From positions 12,464,001 to 12,528,000 of the forward strand of contig CM052816.1 in assembly GCA_028534125.1 (NCBI GenBank): a stretch of 64,000 bases of DNA, given 5' to 3'. Shown one piece after another: positions 24,561 through 36,985 of this stretch (position 1 is its first letter; each line of letters opens with the position of its first letter). The notes beneath the pieces are model-generated. The model had not been told where the DNA came from. It ran no database searches and was given only the letters and a program-made list of their open reading frames with translations. A program made the translations under genes and the position numbers. Source of the stretch: Lama glama (lineage: Eukaryota).

Positions 24561-27500
24561 CTTGCCCCAAATAAGTGCTCAATAAAGACTTACTAAAGAA
24601 GTTTCCTTCCGACTCAATCTACTGCATTTTTCTCATCTCTGCTTCCTTATATTCTACCTTCCTTCCTGCCCAACTCCTGTCTTCTTTTCTGTCTTCTCCT
24701 TTGGGAGAAGCTCTTTTACTGGCACCTGCTACAGATGTTTTCATGCAAGGTGTCAGTGGCAGGCAGTAAGTAGCAGAATACCCAACCCTGAAAAGACATT
24801 TCAGGAAAATAGAAATACTATTCTTGTCTACTGGCTGGCAGAAAACAAAAGTTGGGAGAAGGGAGGGAAAAGACATCATGTTCATCTTATGAACACCCAA
24901 AACACTCATTTAGGGAACAGCATCTGCTCTTCTCACTGGCCCCATCTCTTCTTCCAGACCCTGACTGTTGCTAATTCCACTTTCCACTGAGATCATGTCA
25001 CTGGTGTGCTCTTTCCAATTCCAAGGGCACCCGGGGAGATTATCTCCCTTTGGAAAATTATCACCTTTCAGCTTCAGCCTCCTAGACTCGCTATTTCCCA
25101 TGCTGTACCCCAACAATGGAGTAGGAAGGTTTGAAACAATACTGCTTATTACTCAGAGAGTATATAAAGAATGGCTTGCCTTGAAATTTCCAGAAAGGTA
25201 ATCCTTTCAAAATGACAATTTGATTTAAGTCATTTACTCAGGTGAACATGGTTCCTGGAACACCCCGCCAAAACCACACAAGAATTAAAGGTCTTGTGAT
25301 GGATGAGGGAGCACGATCTAATTGGTGTTTTAATAAATGTATTCTGACTTGGTAATCTGCTGAGATTTATCAACACAAAATGCTCCTGTCTAAATAAAAT
25401 TACAAAGTTATCATATAAAAACAATGACAAGTGCCTTGTGATTTTTATACCAGTGCTGGCATGCAGAAGACAAGTAGGATATTGGTGTCTACAGTTGTTT
25501 TCAAAATGCTGAGTAACAGGTAAGTGACAGCAGAGGATGGACAGACCATCATCTTATATATTTCAAGTGGTCTTGAGTCAGAACAGGGGGAAATGCAAGC
25601 TCTTACTGAGGAAGTGGTACCTAGACTAATGAGCTTTGGAGGATATGGCCAATTAAGTCAGCATCCTTCCATGTGGTCTAAGGAAGAGAAAAGACCTACT
25701 GTGTCTACCAGCAGAGCAAGCACGGCCTTAATGCTGCCACATATCAAGGGCTTGGAACATCCCATAAGGAGGTATATATTCATGTTTGTAACCTACGTTT
25801 TTGGCTTAGCGTGACGCTCTAAGTATCTCCCCATGTTATTAGATACTCCTCTCAAACGTGTCATTATTTTAAGTAGCAACATATTCTTCTATAGGATAAA
25901 CACCCTGCTTACTTAAATCCCCTACTGTTGGGTATTAGTTTGTTTTCTTTCTCCTGGCATTCTATATATATAAGCTCCTTTATCACTCATTCAATAGACA
26001 AAGATGGTGGGTGAACACGACTTTTGATGTTGTTCGATAGTATCATTCATTTCTCCAGCCAGACACCGAAATCAAACACATGGGGCTGTACTCTTTGGAG
26101 ATGGAGCTGAGATGGACCTGTGCCCAGCCACGGCCATAAACAGCACTTGCTGAAATGCTTCAGCACGGCCTGTTGTATCTTTCACGGAAGTGGGAGAGCA
26201 TAAATACTTCCATTTGTGGCTCTGTTTGAAATTTTAAAAATTTGAAATTTGAAAAAAAAAAACTTTCAAGCTTCCTAAGTAAGTGGGAAGATGGGTACAT
26301 GGTGCACCAGTCAGATTCCCAAAGCAATGCACAATCCAGCAGAATGTTTAGATGAAAATCAACGGCTCAGAGAGCATGGTCCTGGCCTCTCTTTCACAAA
26401 CACTAGGCCACAGTCTTGATGATCAGCTCAGCAAAGTTAATGGCACATCCAGATTTTACATGCTAAGCAGCCCCGAGTTTAGCCAGGCAGTTTGTTTCTA
26501 GCCTCACACTCTCTGCTTTGTCATTCAGAAAGCAGAGATTTTTAGATGACATTTTAGAGTCAGAGATGTGATAAGCCGATGAGGAACAATGATTGAAATT
26601 CTACCAGGGGACCCACTCCAGCTTCTTTATTAAAGTTCCACCGCACACACAGATAAATGCTCTCCTGCCTGGGGCTTTTATGGCCAGTCTGACATCTCAG
26701 GCCCCAGATGCATTTAAATACAAATGAGGTAAGATGACTCAAACCCTGATCAGTCTTGTCCGCTAGTTTTGGAGGACTGTAGGCCCACCTCCTCAGAGTC
26801 TCCCTCAGCTTCTTCCTGGGGATCCCCAGAGTTGACTCGAATGTGCTCAAGAACAAGTCTACTTGTGTTTCTCATCTTTATCATTTCTGCACCCAATGGC
26901 CACTCTAGGCATGGAGGTTTCCAAAGCTGCCAGTCCTAGAACTGCGATAGCAACTGCAATGTCTGTGCGGCGATCAGACCTTCTCTCTGTCTCACTGCCA
27001 TACTCTCTCACTTGAGCCTTTGAAAACAAATCCTTTCAGCGCTGGCTCTTTCTCTCTTACCCCTCTGTCATTCAAGCCCAGTCCAAGGAGTCAGCTGGAG
27101 TACTCGTGACATGTCATTCTATCTTGTTCCAGACCCTAGGCACACACAAAAATACATTCTACTTCTCTAGGCAAAGTACAGAAGCCACACACATAGCTGC
27201 TTGACTGACTCCCGAGGCCAGCACATTCACTCAGAGCCCTACTATAAATACAAGTTTTGGGTCAGAGGAACACCCTCTTAAAACGTGTCGCAAATCACCT
27301 CCTTGCAGGGAGAAGCAGGGCTTGGGAGAATCATTGGATTTCACTTTGAGATCAAATGATTTGTCTGATTTTGAGAACCTAAGTCAGGAAACATCCACGT
27401 TAAGTCAATTCAGAGTTAAAGGACAAAGAAATTCTCCATGTATATTCTGAACAAGATTTTCCAAATAAAAATAAGCGACTAAGACACGCCTAGACTTGCC

Positions 27501-28087
27501 CTTGTGGCTTGCCACACCACAGCTGGGAAAAGGTCTAAGTGACTAGAAAAACAAAGTCGAGCTTCAGACCACTCAGGAAAAGAAGGAGCAGAGAGATGCT
27601 TAAGATGCTGGGATAGAACAGAGGCCGAAGCAGATTACACATATCTCATTTCCTCTGCCCAAATTCTTTCCATGGGTTTTGAGATGACTTACATCAAGCA
27701 TGAAATTCTCGTTCAGAGGGCAATCCAAAGCAATGTCACGAGTGAACTTACTGTGAGGGTTATCAGTGAGCACAAGATAGCTATTCTTCCCCAGTCTCTT
27801 TCCTGTCATAGGGTCCCCAAGAACATCGTCCTTCAGGGTATATTAAGGGTGCTATAAACAGGGTGTTTTCTCTTTTGGATTTTTATCAGCTTTCAGGCAG
27901 AGACATCAGCCATATATCAGTACCTTTATATGATGCATCAGGCTCTTAAAGTGTAGCCCGTTCCCAAGATGGAAGTTCAAGTTTCTTCCTCTTCCTGAGA
28001 ACTCTCAAGTGTGGATTCAGTTTTCAGTCCCCACGAGAAAGCTACAGCTGCCCTGCTTTAAACATGGTATCTGGAAAAGGAACATGA

Positions 28088-28109
28088 ACACACACACACA
28101 CACACACAC
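28088..28109. repeat. (AC)11 microsatellite
   Basis: Perfect dinucleotide run. Confidence 0.97.
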
Positions 28110-28114
28110 TTCAA

Positions 28115-28820
28115 GAACTTCAGAGCCATCCTTGACTCCCTGCCTGTCCCTTCTCCTCAAATCCAAGCAGTCACCAAGTCTTGTCAATGCCGCTTCCTAA
28201 ACGTCACAATGATCTGCCTCTTTCCTCTGTATCTCCACTAATAGGGCCTTAGTTTATGCTATGTTATCTTTCACTGAATTACTGCAGCAGCCTTTTAACC
28301 AGCCATACCTTCTCCAGCCCATCCTCTGCTTTACAGCCAGATAGTGAAGAACAAATCTAATCAAGATATAGTTCTACTTAAAATCCTGCAGAGACTCCTA
28401 AAGCCTGTAGGATAGGGTCTGCTCCCCTTAGACGAGCACACCAGATCATGACCTGGCCTCTGCCCTCCACCCAAGCCACAGTGTTCTAATCACTTCCCAT
28501 CTCCTGTTGCTCACTCCAGCCAGGTCAGTACTATAATTCCCAGAAATACCACGTTCTCTGCCACCAAGTCCGTGCGTATGTGGAATGCCCTTGTCACCTG
28601 TTTCACTTCACTCAGTCCTATTTATAACTCAGCCTGAAGTCAGTCCACACCCCAACTGTTTCCCACTGGCCCACCCTGGGGTGGGCATGTACTAAGTGTA
28701 GCACTAAGAAGACAGTATTTCAGTGGTATGTCTATGTCTTCCCCCCTAGGCTGTGAACTACTAAGGCAAGGACTGTGTTCTATTTAATGCTGCATCTCCA
28801 GAGCCTAGATCAGGGCCTGG
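28115..28820 (+). mobile_element. L2 3' region (tail resumes ~29240-29275)
   Basis: gccatccttgactcc, cagtcaccaagtcttgtcaat, ctaggctgtgaactactaaggcaaggactgtgttc..cagggcctgg. Confidence 0.85.
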
Positions 28821-28825
28821 GAGGT

Positions 28826-29234
28826 TGCACCAGATAACTCCAGCTACTAAAACAAAATACCATAGACTGGATGGTTAAAAAATGCAGAGATTTACTTTTT
28901 ATAGTTCTGGAGGCTGAGAAGCCCAAGATCAAAATGCCAACAAGCTATGTTTCATTCTGAGGCCTCCTCTCTTGACTGGTAGGCATCTTGCTTTGGGGCC
29001 ACATGACCTCTTTTTTTGTGTATTTAAGAGGAGAGAAATAGAACAAGCTCCCTGGTGTCTCTTCTTATAAGAGCACCAATTCCATCATGAGACCTCCATG
29101 CTCACAACCTCATCCAACCCTAATTACTTCCCCAAAGCCCCACCTCCAAATACCATCACACTGGGGGTTAGGGCTTCTATATATGAATATGGGTGGGGTG
29201 GGGTGGGTAGGGCACAAACATTTAGTCCATAACA
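28826..29234 (-). mobile_element. MaLR solo LTR (MLT1A0-like) inserted in the L2 tail
   Basis: TG..CA ends, near-perfect 5-bp TSD gaggt/gagat, ctaattacttccccaaagccccacctccaaataccatcaca. Confidence 0.92.
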
Positions 29235-29349
29235 GAGATAAAATAAGTGTCCCATAAAATGTGCTAATTGAGTTACTCAATGGAATCTTTGACTAAATGT
29301 GCCCATTTTGTTCAGATATTAAGTACAATTATCCACCCATCCACTAGAT

Positions 29350-29568
29350 GAGTGGTTCTCTTTTTTGGGAGGTGGATAATTTCATCCCCACAGAGGACAC
29401 TTAGCAGTATCTGCAGATACTTTTGATTGTCACAACTAGGGTAGGGGAGCTCACTGGCATCTAGTGAATGGAGGCCAGGGGTGCTGCCAGTCATCCTGTA
29501 ACACACAGGACAGCCCCACACGCTGAAGAATTATCTGGACCAAAATGCTGCCAAGTTTGAGAACACTG
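29350..29568 (+). mobile_element. MER20 hAT-Charlie element
   Basis: agtggttctc..gatacttttgattgtcacaact..actggcatctagtg..gaattatctggaccaaaatg..tttgagaacactg; sits in an L2 3' end. Confidence 0.9.
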
Positions 29569-29863
29569 CGGTAGAATACGAGCACCATGCGGCAAGAAAC
29601 TCACCTTGTTCTCTAGTATCACCAGCATCTGGAACAGTGCCTGGAACGTAATAGGTACCCAAATAGTCAAATAAATACACAAAGAAATGAAAGCACGTGG
29701 GGGAACTGCATAAAAAGTCATTTTCTTTCTGCCTTGGTAATTCTTCCTGGGTTACTTTTCCCCTAATGCTTCTCCATCATCCAAGATCATGGTTATGTTT
29801 ACCTACGTTTGTTTTGTAACTCTATTTCTTCCTTTCATCTAGTTTAAGGGTCATAATTTCTAA

Positions 29864-30079
29864 AGGCTGCCCTCCCCAACATGGTAGTAACTAGCCACAC
29901 GTGACTATCTACATTATATTTAAATTATTTAAAATTAAATAAAATTAAAACCTCAGTCAGTTCCTCAGTCACACTAACTACATTTCGAGTGTTCAAAAGC
30001 CACATGTAGTCAATGGCGACCATATTAGAAAGCACAAAAATATTTCCGTTTCTGCAAAAAACTCTCTTAGACAGCACTG
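29864..30079. mobile_element. MER3 hAT-Charlie element
   Basis: atggtagtaactagccacacgtgacta..gttcctcagtcacacta..ttagacagcactg. Confidence 0.8.
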
Positions 30080-30751
30080 GTTTATAGGGATCAGGTGGTT
30101 AATCCTTCTTCATCCCCATGAATAAACCTGGGAACACAAGGCATCCCACCTCTGCCTTCAGGACATTGTCCTAACCCCTGCAGCAGAAGAGGAATAAACA
30201 CAGTGTTTGATAACTGTGGGGGGAACTTCCCCTTCCAAACAAGACATCAACAAGAGAGAAAAGTGATGGAGTTGATAAGGCTGTATCTCGTTTGCCAGAG
30301 GAATATTCTACTAATTGAGGGGAGGGGAGGCAATCAGCAAATCACTTTGCGGCAGTTTCTTATTTATTTTTGTTGTTTTGGTAACAAGAAAAAGAACAGG
30401 TGAAGTAGCCTCCAATGGCATCTTAAAACCCAACAACTGAATTCAGAAAAAGCTGTATGTAACAAAATGCCCTATTAACCTTTCAGAGTTTAGTTTAAAA
30501 GGTAGTCGGACATGTAGGCACATTAGGGAGACACACTGCAATAGTGCGGGGGTTCTTTCCTCAAATATGTTGAAAACTATTCAAGAAACACAAGCCAAAT
30601 GGACATAATGTAAAACATTTCTAAGCAAGATTTTAAGGGCAGAACTTTAGGCAGCAGAATGTCACGATCCCACTGTGTTTGAGGAAGATCCCTCCAACCA
30701 TCAACAGGACTGGGAAACAGGACAGGAAGCAGGGAGATGAGTTGTATAACC

Positions 30752-30995
30752 AAAGACAGTGCGCTGCAATGGGATGCGCTTTGGACTTGACGGATCTGGG
30801 TTCCAAAGAGGACCACGACATTAATGGACTGTAGGAGCCAGTACCTATGACTTAAACTCATGGTACCTCGTCTCTACATTGGAGTAAGGACTCTGTGAGA
30901 TGGCTGCACAATTCAGAAGTCACAGATATACACCTTCTCCAGCATGGTCTGGCACACAGGAAGTCTGCAGCAAATAGAAGATATTTTTATTATTA
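30752..30995 (+). mobile_element. MIR SINE
   Basis: gctttggacttgacggatctgggttc..cagcatggtctggcacacaggaag..tattatta. Confidence 0.65.
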
Positions 30996-31084
30996 ATATA
31001 TTCAATCTCTCAGCTTCTACTTCCCCACTGGTCAAGGGAGATGATAATCACTTCCCCGTGTTTTTTCCAGGATAGGAAAAAGCA

Positions 31085-32140
31085 AGCAGTAACAAAAAGT
31101 TTAAAAACAAATTGCATCTCATCAAAATTAAAACCATTTGAGCATCAAAGGTCCTTGCCGACAAAATGAGAAGAATCTACAGAATGAGAGAAAATATTGT
31201 CAATCACTTATGTGAAACAGATTTTGTATCCAGAACATCTATAGGACTCTTATAACTCAGTAACAAAAAAAACCAAACAATCCAATTTTACAAGTGAGCA
31301 AATGTCTTGAATAGATGTTTCTCCAAAGAAAATACATAAATGGCCAAACACATACATGGAAAGATGCTTAACTTCATTGGTCATAACAGAAATACAAACC
31401 AAAATCACAACGGAATATCATTTTACACCCACTAGTATGGCTATAATATTTCTAAAAGGAAAATCACAAATGTTAGCAAGGATGTAGAGAAACTGGAACT
31501 CCGGTACAATGCTGATAGGAATGTAGGATGGTTCAACCATTCTGGCAAACAGCTTGACAATTCCCCAGAAAGTTAAACACAGAATTACCACATGACTGCA
31601 GTTCTACTCCCAGGCATATACCAAAAAAAATTAAAAACAGGTACTCAAACAAGAACATGTACATGCATGTTCATAGCATCATTATTCACAATAGCCAAAA
31701 GGTGGAAACAGCCCTAATATCAACTGAGGGATGAATGGACAAACGAATGGTGGTACACATACCATAGAATATTATTCAGACATAAAAAGGAATAAAGTAC
31801 TGATGCATGCTAAACATTGATGAACTCCCAAAACACTATGTTAGGTGACAGAAACCACACAAGAGATTGCACACAGTATGATCCCACTTCTACGAAATAG
31901 CCAAAACACATAAATCCTTAGAGACAGAATGCAGACTGGTGGCTGCCAGAGGCTGGTAGGAAGAGAAAATGGGAGAAACTGCTTAGCTGGTAAGGAATTT
32001 TACTTTGGAGTGCTGAAATTATTTCTTAACTGGATAGAGAGGGTGGTTGCAGAAAATTACGACTGTGCTCAATGTCAGTGAATCGTTCATTTTAAAATGT
32101 TTAATTTTATGGTATGTAAATTTTACCTGAATTAAAATAA
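31085..32140 (+). mobile_element. 5'-truncated L1 (L1MB4/5-like)
   Basis: ORF2 end (atgttcatagcatcattattcacaatagccaaaaggtggaaacagcc) and 3' UTR gagacagaatgcagactggtggctgccagagg..aattttatggtatgtaaattttacc. Confidence 0.92.
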
Positions 32141-33034
32141 GAGTCCTTTGTCATCTAGAAAACAAAGCAAATTCAGTCCCTCAGTGGAGAGGCACTGAGC
32201 TGAACCAAAAATGCCTTTAATAAAAAATCCACTGTTCAAATGACACTAGTCGTGCCTTGTCCAACTTTCCTAACATTTCCTGGGGAGACTGAGTCTCAGA
32301 AAGATCATGTGACTTCTCCAGGTCTGGACAGAGTCCAGACTTGACACAGCTGACTATCGGGCTACTGCTTTTGGCTTCTTCTATCTTCCAGCTCAAGCAC
32401 AACTCATGATTTATGCAGAATAGTTCAACTCGGTACGGAAGCACACCCATGAATACCTATAGTCCTCTTCTAAACATCTGGATTAAGGAAAACACTAAGT
32501 ATGTGGATATGGACATCAGACTCTGTGCTCTACTATTGCTTCCCACTGGTCATACGATGTTGAGAAAGTTACTTGGTGTCCCTAAATCTTAGTTTCCTAA
32601 ATGATGAGTGGTATTTATTAATATTAAAATCCTGCCACCTATTCTACATTATAAGAATATCTATATGATCAGAAACTTTCTAAAAACTCACTCAATTTCT
32701 TTTCACTCAGCACCACATGGCCTCTTTGAGGCCTGAGGCTTAAAATAACTGAAATGTGTATTCAGATATCATGGACATAGCTCTGTTCTGCAACATCATT
32801 TCTGGTACCCACTATCAAAAATTTAATAGCTACTAGCAGTAAAGAAAGTTTTATATTTTACAAAAATTTCAAAAATATGTTTTCAAGTTTGATCCTCTTA
32901 ATAACCATGAGAAATAGAACAGACTAGGATACTTGGCCCCATTTTCAAAGAGGTATTTACTCAAGATTAGTCAAGAGTTTGTCCAGGGACCAGGATTCTT
33001 TCCACTGTTCCTCAAAGCTTACTGTGGGTCTATT

Positions 33035-33560
33035 TCTATAGACAAGTTTCTGTTGCAATTGATAGAAAATGCAACCCCAAGTATCTTAAACAATAAGGGA
33101 ATGCACTGGATCATAAAACAGAGAAGGGTGAATGAACATTTAATTTTAGGAGTGGCTCTAACAATGCGACCAGGTCCAAGTCCCTCCCCATCTTTTGGCT
33201 CTGCTTTGCTCCCAATGACTCCATCCTCAGGCTCCACTGATGGTGATAAGGTTGCCAATAGCCCAAGACCAGTCAGCATTCAGATAAGACCAGCTAAATA
33301 GGAATATTTGCCTCTGACCCTCAGCAGTGTGTCTCAGAGTAACTGGTTCACTTGTCTATCCCTGAATCCGTTACTATGGTCATGAGGATACAGTGCTGTG
33401 ATTAGCAAGGCCTAAGTCATCTTCCCACTCTTGTGGCTGATGGGAAAAGTGACTTCAAACCAAAACCCAATGACAAAGAGTTGGAGAGAGAGGGATATCC
33501 CAGAAGAAAATCAGAGTGTAAGTAAATGCTGGTCAGCAAAACCCACAGATGTCTACTGAA
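33035..33560 (-). mobile_element. MaLR LTR (MLT1K-like)
   Basis: gttgcaattgatagaaaa, tatccctgaatccgttactatggtcatgagg, gattagcaaggcctaagtcat, cccagaagaaaatcagagtg. Confidence 0.75.
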
Positions 33561-34781
33561 CTGTGATAAATAAAACTTCCCAAAATTAAATTGGCTATGT
33601 CTTTTGTGCTGGGGGTTATATATTAGCACAATTCTGATATTTATTGATTTGTTTATGCAAAAACCATGTATTAAGTGCTTAATGTAGTGCCTAGATATTC
33701 AATAACTATGAAACACTGTCTCTGCCCAAGTTAACCTTATAAAGATTTGAGTTGGATAACTTCCTACCTTCACACTTTCCCAGCTTTCCCACTGCAAAAA
33801 TAACATGAAACAGTTTGCAGAGACACACGGGCCATGTACTCCTAGTACCCTCTGCAGGATAGAAACGTCACCAGTCGTCATGACAACCCACTTGGGTTCT
33901 GAGGCTGTGTAGCACTTTTCAAACTATCAATCAGAAGATAGATTTATTTTACAATACTAAACATTGACCCCAGGAAGAAACTGAAGAAGGACCCTGAAGA
34001 AATGGCAGTTTGTAATGCCTCTACTAACGCCTTAAAAATCTGGAAGCAGAGCTAAGTTTTCTACAGATGGACTTCTGTAACTAGTAAACGGATGGATTGC
34101 TTTTAAATCCACCAAAAAGTCAAATATGTGTGAAATGTTTTTCAACCGCATTTACCTACTGGGGACACACACTTCTGTTGCGTATTAAGGGTAGAACATG
34201 CCTACACAGTCGTCTAGGACGACCCCTTCGGCTCACAGATGATGACTACGAGACCCACAGAAGGAAAAGTGAGGGCCCAGGCTTCCACAGACCTAGTGAC
34301 ACACCTCAAACCAGAACCTGGCTCCCCAGATTTCTACACTGATGTTCATTCTGCAACACCCACTGGCCACACCACTGAGACCTGTCCATTCAAAAGAGTT
34401 CTTACAAAGTTTGTAAATTATAACCTGTATATTCATTAAAAAGCCTATGGCATCATTTCAGCTCACAGGCCTCCATCTTGACCACGCCCTGAAGGTGGGA
34501 TGACCGACTGGTGTTGTTATAATAAACACCGCGATTCCTGATAACAGACTCATTTGTTTTAATCCTTCTTATATTCCCTTATTTCCTACCCTTCAGGGGG
34601 ATCTTGCAGACTTGTTGTGGGAAGCTGACAACATTCTCAGCAGCAAATACTGATAATATGCTCCTGAAAAATAGAGGTAAACATGTCTGCCCTAATCAAT
34701 AAAAAATAGTCTAGGCTAGTTCATGAATGAATGAATTACATGTAATTTTCAATTTATTAATATAAAAAATGGGATGGAGCT

Positions 34782-35166
34782 TGGGTCAGTTTGTGAGGCC
34801 TGTCATAACATTGTACCACAGACCAGGGGCTTAAACAACAGAAATTTATCTCCTCACAATGCTAGAGGCTGAAGTCCAAGATCAAGATGGCAGCAGGACT
34901 GTTTCCTTTGCAGTCTCTCTCCTTGGCTTACAGGTGGCTGTCTTCCTTTCCATCTTCTCATGAGCTTTCTTCTGTGCACATCTCTGTCCTAATGTCTTCT
35001 CTCTATAAGGACACTTGTTAAATTGGATAGAGGCCCGCCTGTATGACCTCATTTAACCTTAATTACCCCTTTAAAGGCTATCTCCAAATACAGTCACATT
35101 CTGAGGTGCTTCAACATATGAATTTGAGGGGAGGAGGAATAGCCCCAAAATACTCAGTCCATAGCA
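34782..35166 (-). mobile_element. MaLR solo LTR (MLT1B-like)
   Basis: TG..CA ends with perfect 5-bp TSD gagct (34777-34781 / 35167-35171); ggcttaaacaacagaaatttat, ctatctccaaatacagtcacattctgagg. Confidence 0.93.
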
Positions 35167-35779
35167 GAGCTGTATTTATGTCTTTAGAACAAAGTTTCAA
35201 GTCATCAGAATTTGACAAATTAGCACAAGATAACTTTCTGGTGTTCGTAGACATAACCAAGGTTTTGGAAGGAAAAACAAAATTCAGTGATGCCATTTTC
35301 CCGACAGTACACTGCTTCGTACCCAGTCTCTAGTACCATGGCAACGTGGGCTGAGAACCTGGGGAACATGACAGACACATCAGATCAAGTGAGATAAAGA
35401 CTAAATGTCACAAGACTAATGAATAAGCACATAAGGCTGTTGGTGGGAATTGGCAAAGTGTGAAAATCCACTGCACTATCCAGTGTCATATTCTCTATTC
35501 CAGAAGGGAAATAAAATGGAACTTCTCTGCAAAGTGTCCTCTGAAATTATCCCAGTTAAATATGAGACTACGTGGAGGGTATTATCGTGAAAGTCCAATG
35601 AAATTGCAAGGCACTGGCAATCTTCTGTCTTCTATGGAAATAGATTTAATATGCCTGTGTCATGGAGAGTAAGTAATTTAACAGCTGCCCAAACCAAACA
35701 ATTTGTCCTAGTCTAGATCTTTTGTCTTAGAAGACACCAGTGACAGCTTCTTCCTTTGGGAACCACAGAGTCAAACAAC

Positions 35780-36215
35780 CTAAGACGACCTCCCCTGGCT
35801 TTGCCAGGCTCAGCTACATTTCTCAGTCGTCACCCTGCAGCCTCTGCTCCAGCCCGTCTAACTGCAAAGCTTAATGGAAACAGGTCATGCTTTCTCCCCT
35901 CCTGAGGCCTTCACACACATTAGTGCCTCCTCCTGGAACACCCTTTCCCTCTTCATTCTCACCTGCGTAACACCACCCTTCTGGTTGTGTTTGAACTGTC
36001 ACAGCATCACGGAAGCCTCCCCGATGCCTCATATTTGTGTTAGGGGTTCTCCCAATGGTCCATCATAGAATGTGTCCCCATCACTTATCGCTGTACTGAA
36101 ATTGTTGTCTTCTTGAGAATATAAGAACCTTAAGAGCAGACGTCTTGCTCATTGCTGTATTCCCAAAGCCTAACACTGTGTCTGATTCTCAAGGAATGCA
36201 TGATAGATAACATGG
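35780..36215 (+). mobile_element. L2 3' region
   Basis: ggccttcacacac..cctcctcctggaacacccttt..tcattgctgtattcccaaagcctaacactgtgtctg. Confidence 0.7.
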
Positions 36216-36497
36216 TTGTTCCAAGATCTATGTCAAATGCTCAGTCAGTGGGAGCTACTTACAAATGAAGACGTGAAATGCTCTTTTGGAAACAGTCTTT
36301 TATGCCCATTAAGCAAAAGAGGATTCAATGGAGTACAACTAAAGCAAAAACTTAAAATCGGATGTGAAACTAACCTTAGAAATCTGATTCAAAGTTTTTC
36401 TCTTACAAAAGGCGAGGCTGAGACCTATAGAGTTCTAGGAGTTAACACAGCTTAATAATGGGTGCGATGGAACAGAACACAGATCTTTTGACTTTCA

Positions 36498-36985
36498 GTT
36501 CATTCAGTGATTCAGGAGTATTAATTAAGCATGTATATGTGCCAGTCACTGGAGATACAAAGATGAACGAGAGAAGAACCCTATGCTCATAAAGCATATA
36601 TCCTGGGGAGGGAAGACAGACAAGAGATAGATTAAAAAAAAAGGAATTAAAAAAAAAAGACACAATAGAGAGCTTGGTGCTATATGAAGTGATCAGGGAG
36701 GGCCTCCCTGAAGAGGTGGCATTTGACTTGAAGTTCAGTAAAGTATCAGCCATGTGAAGATCTGGGAGTGCAATAAAACGGGATAAAGCCTGGAGCACTG
36801 GAATAAAAGAAAGGAGGTGGGAATGATGGGACCATAAGGAGCAGTGAGGATAATCATATAAGATGACGTTGTAGCCACAGGCAAGGGCAACATCACACAG
36901 GCCTGGTTCACCCAGGGGAAGCAGGGTGGATTTACTCTAAGTGCGCGGAAAGCTCTGAGAGGGAGTGAGAGCTGATATATCTCCA
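36498..36985 (-). mobile_element. L2 3' region
   Basis: ttcattcagtgattca..tatgtgccag..ctggagatacaaagatgaac..gatcagggagggcctccctgaagaggtggcatttga. Confidence 0.85.

Noticed and set aside
24734..24771. DVFMQGVS resembling the synuclein N-terminus, next to a GTAAGT
   Set aside because: Similarity stops after a few residues, with no initiator Met and no KTKEGV repeats
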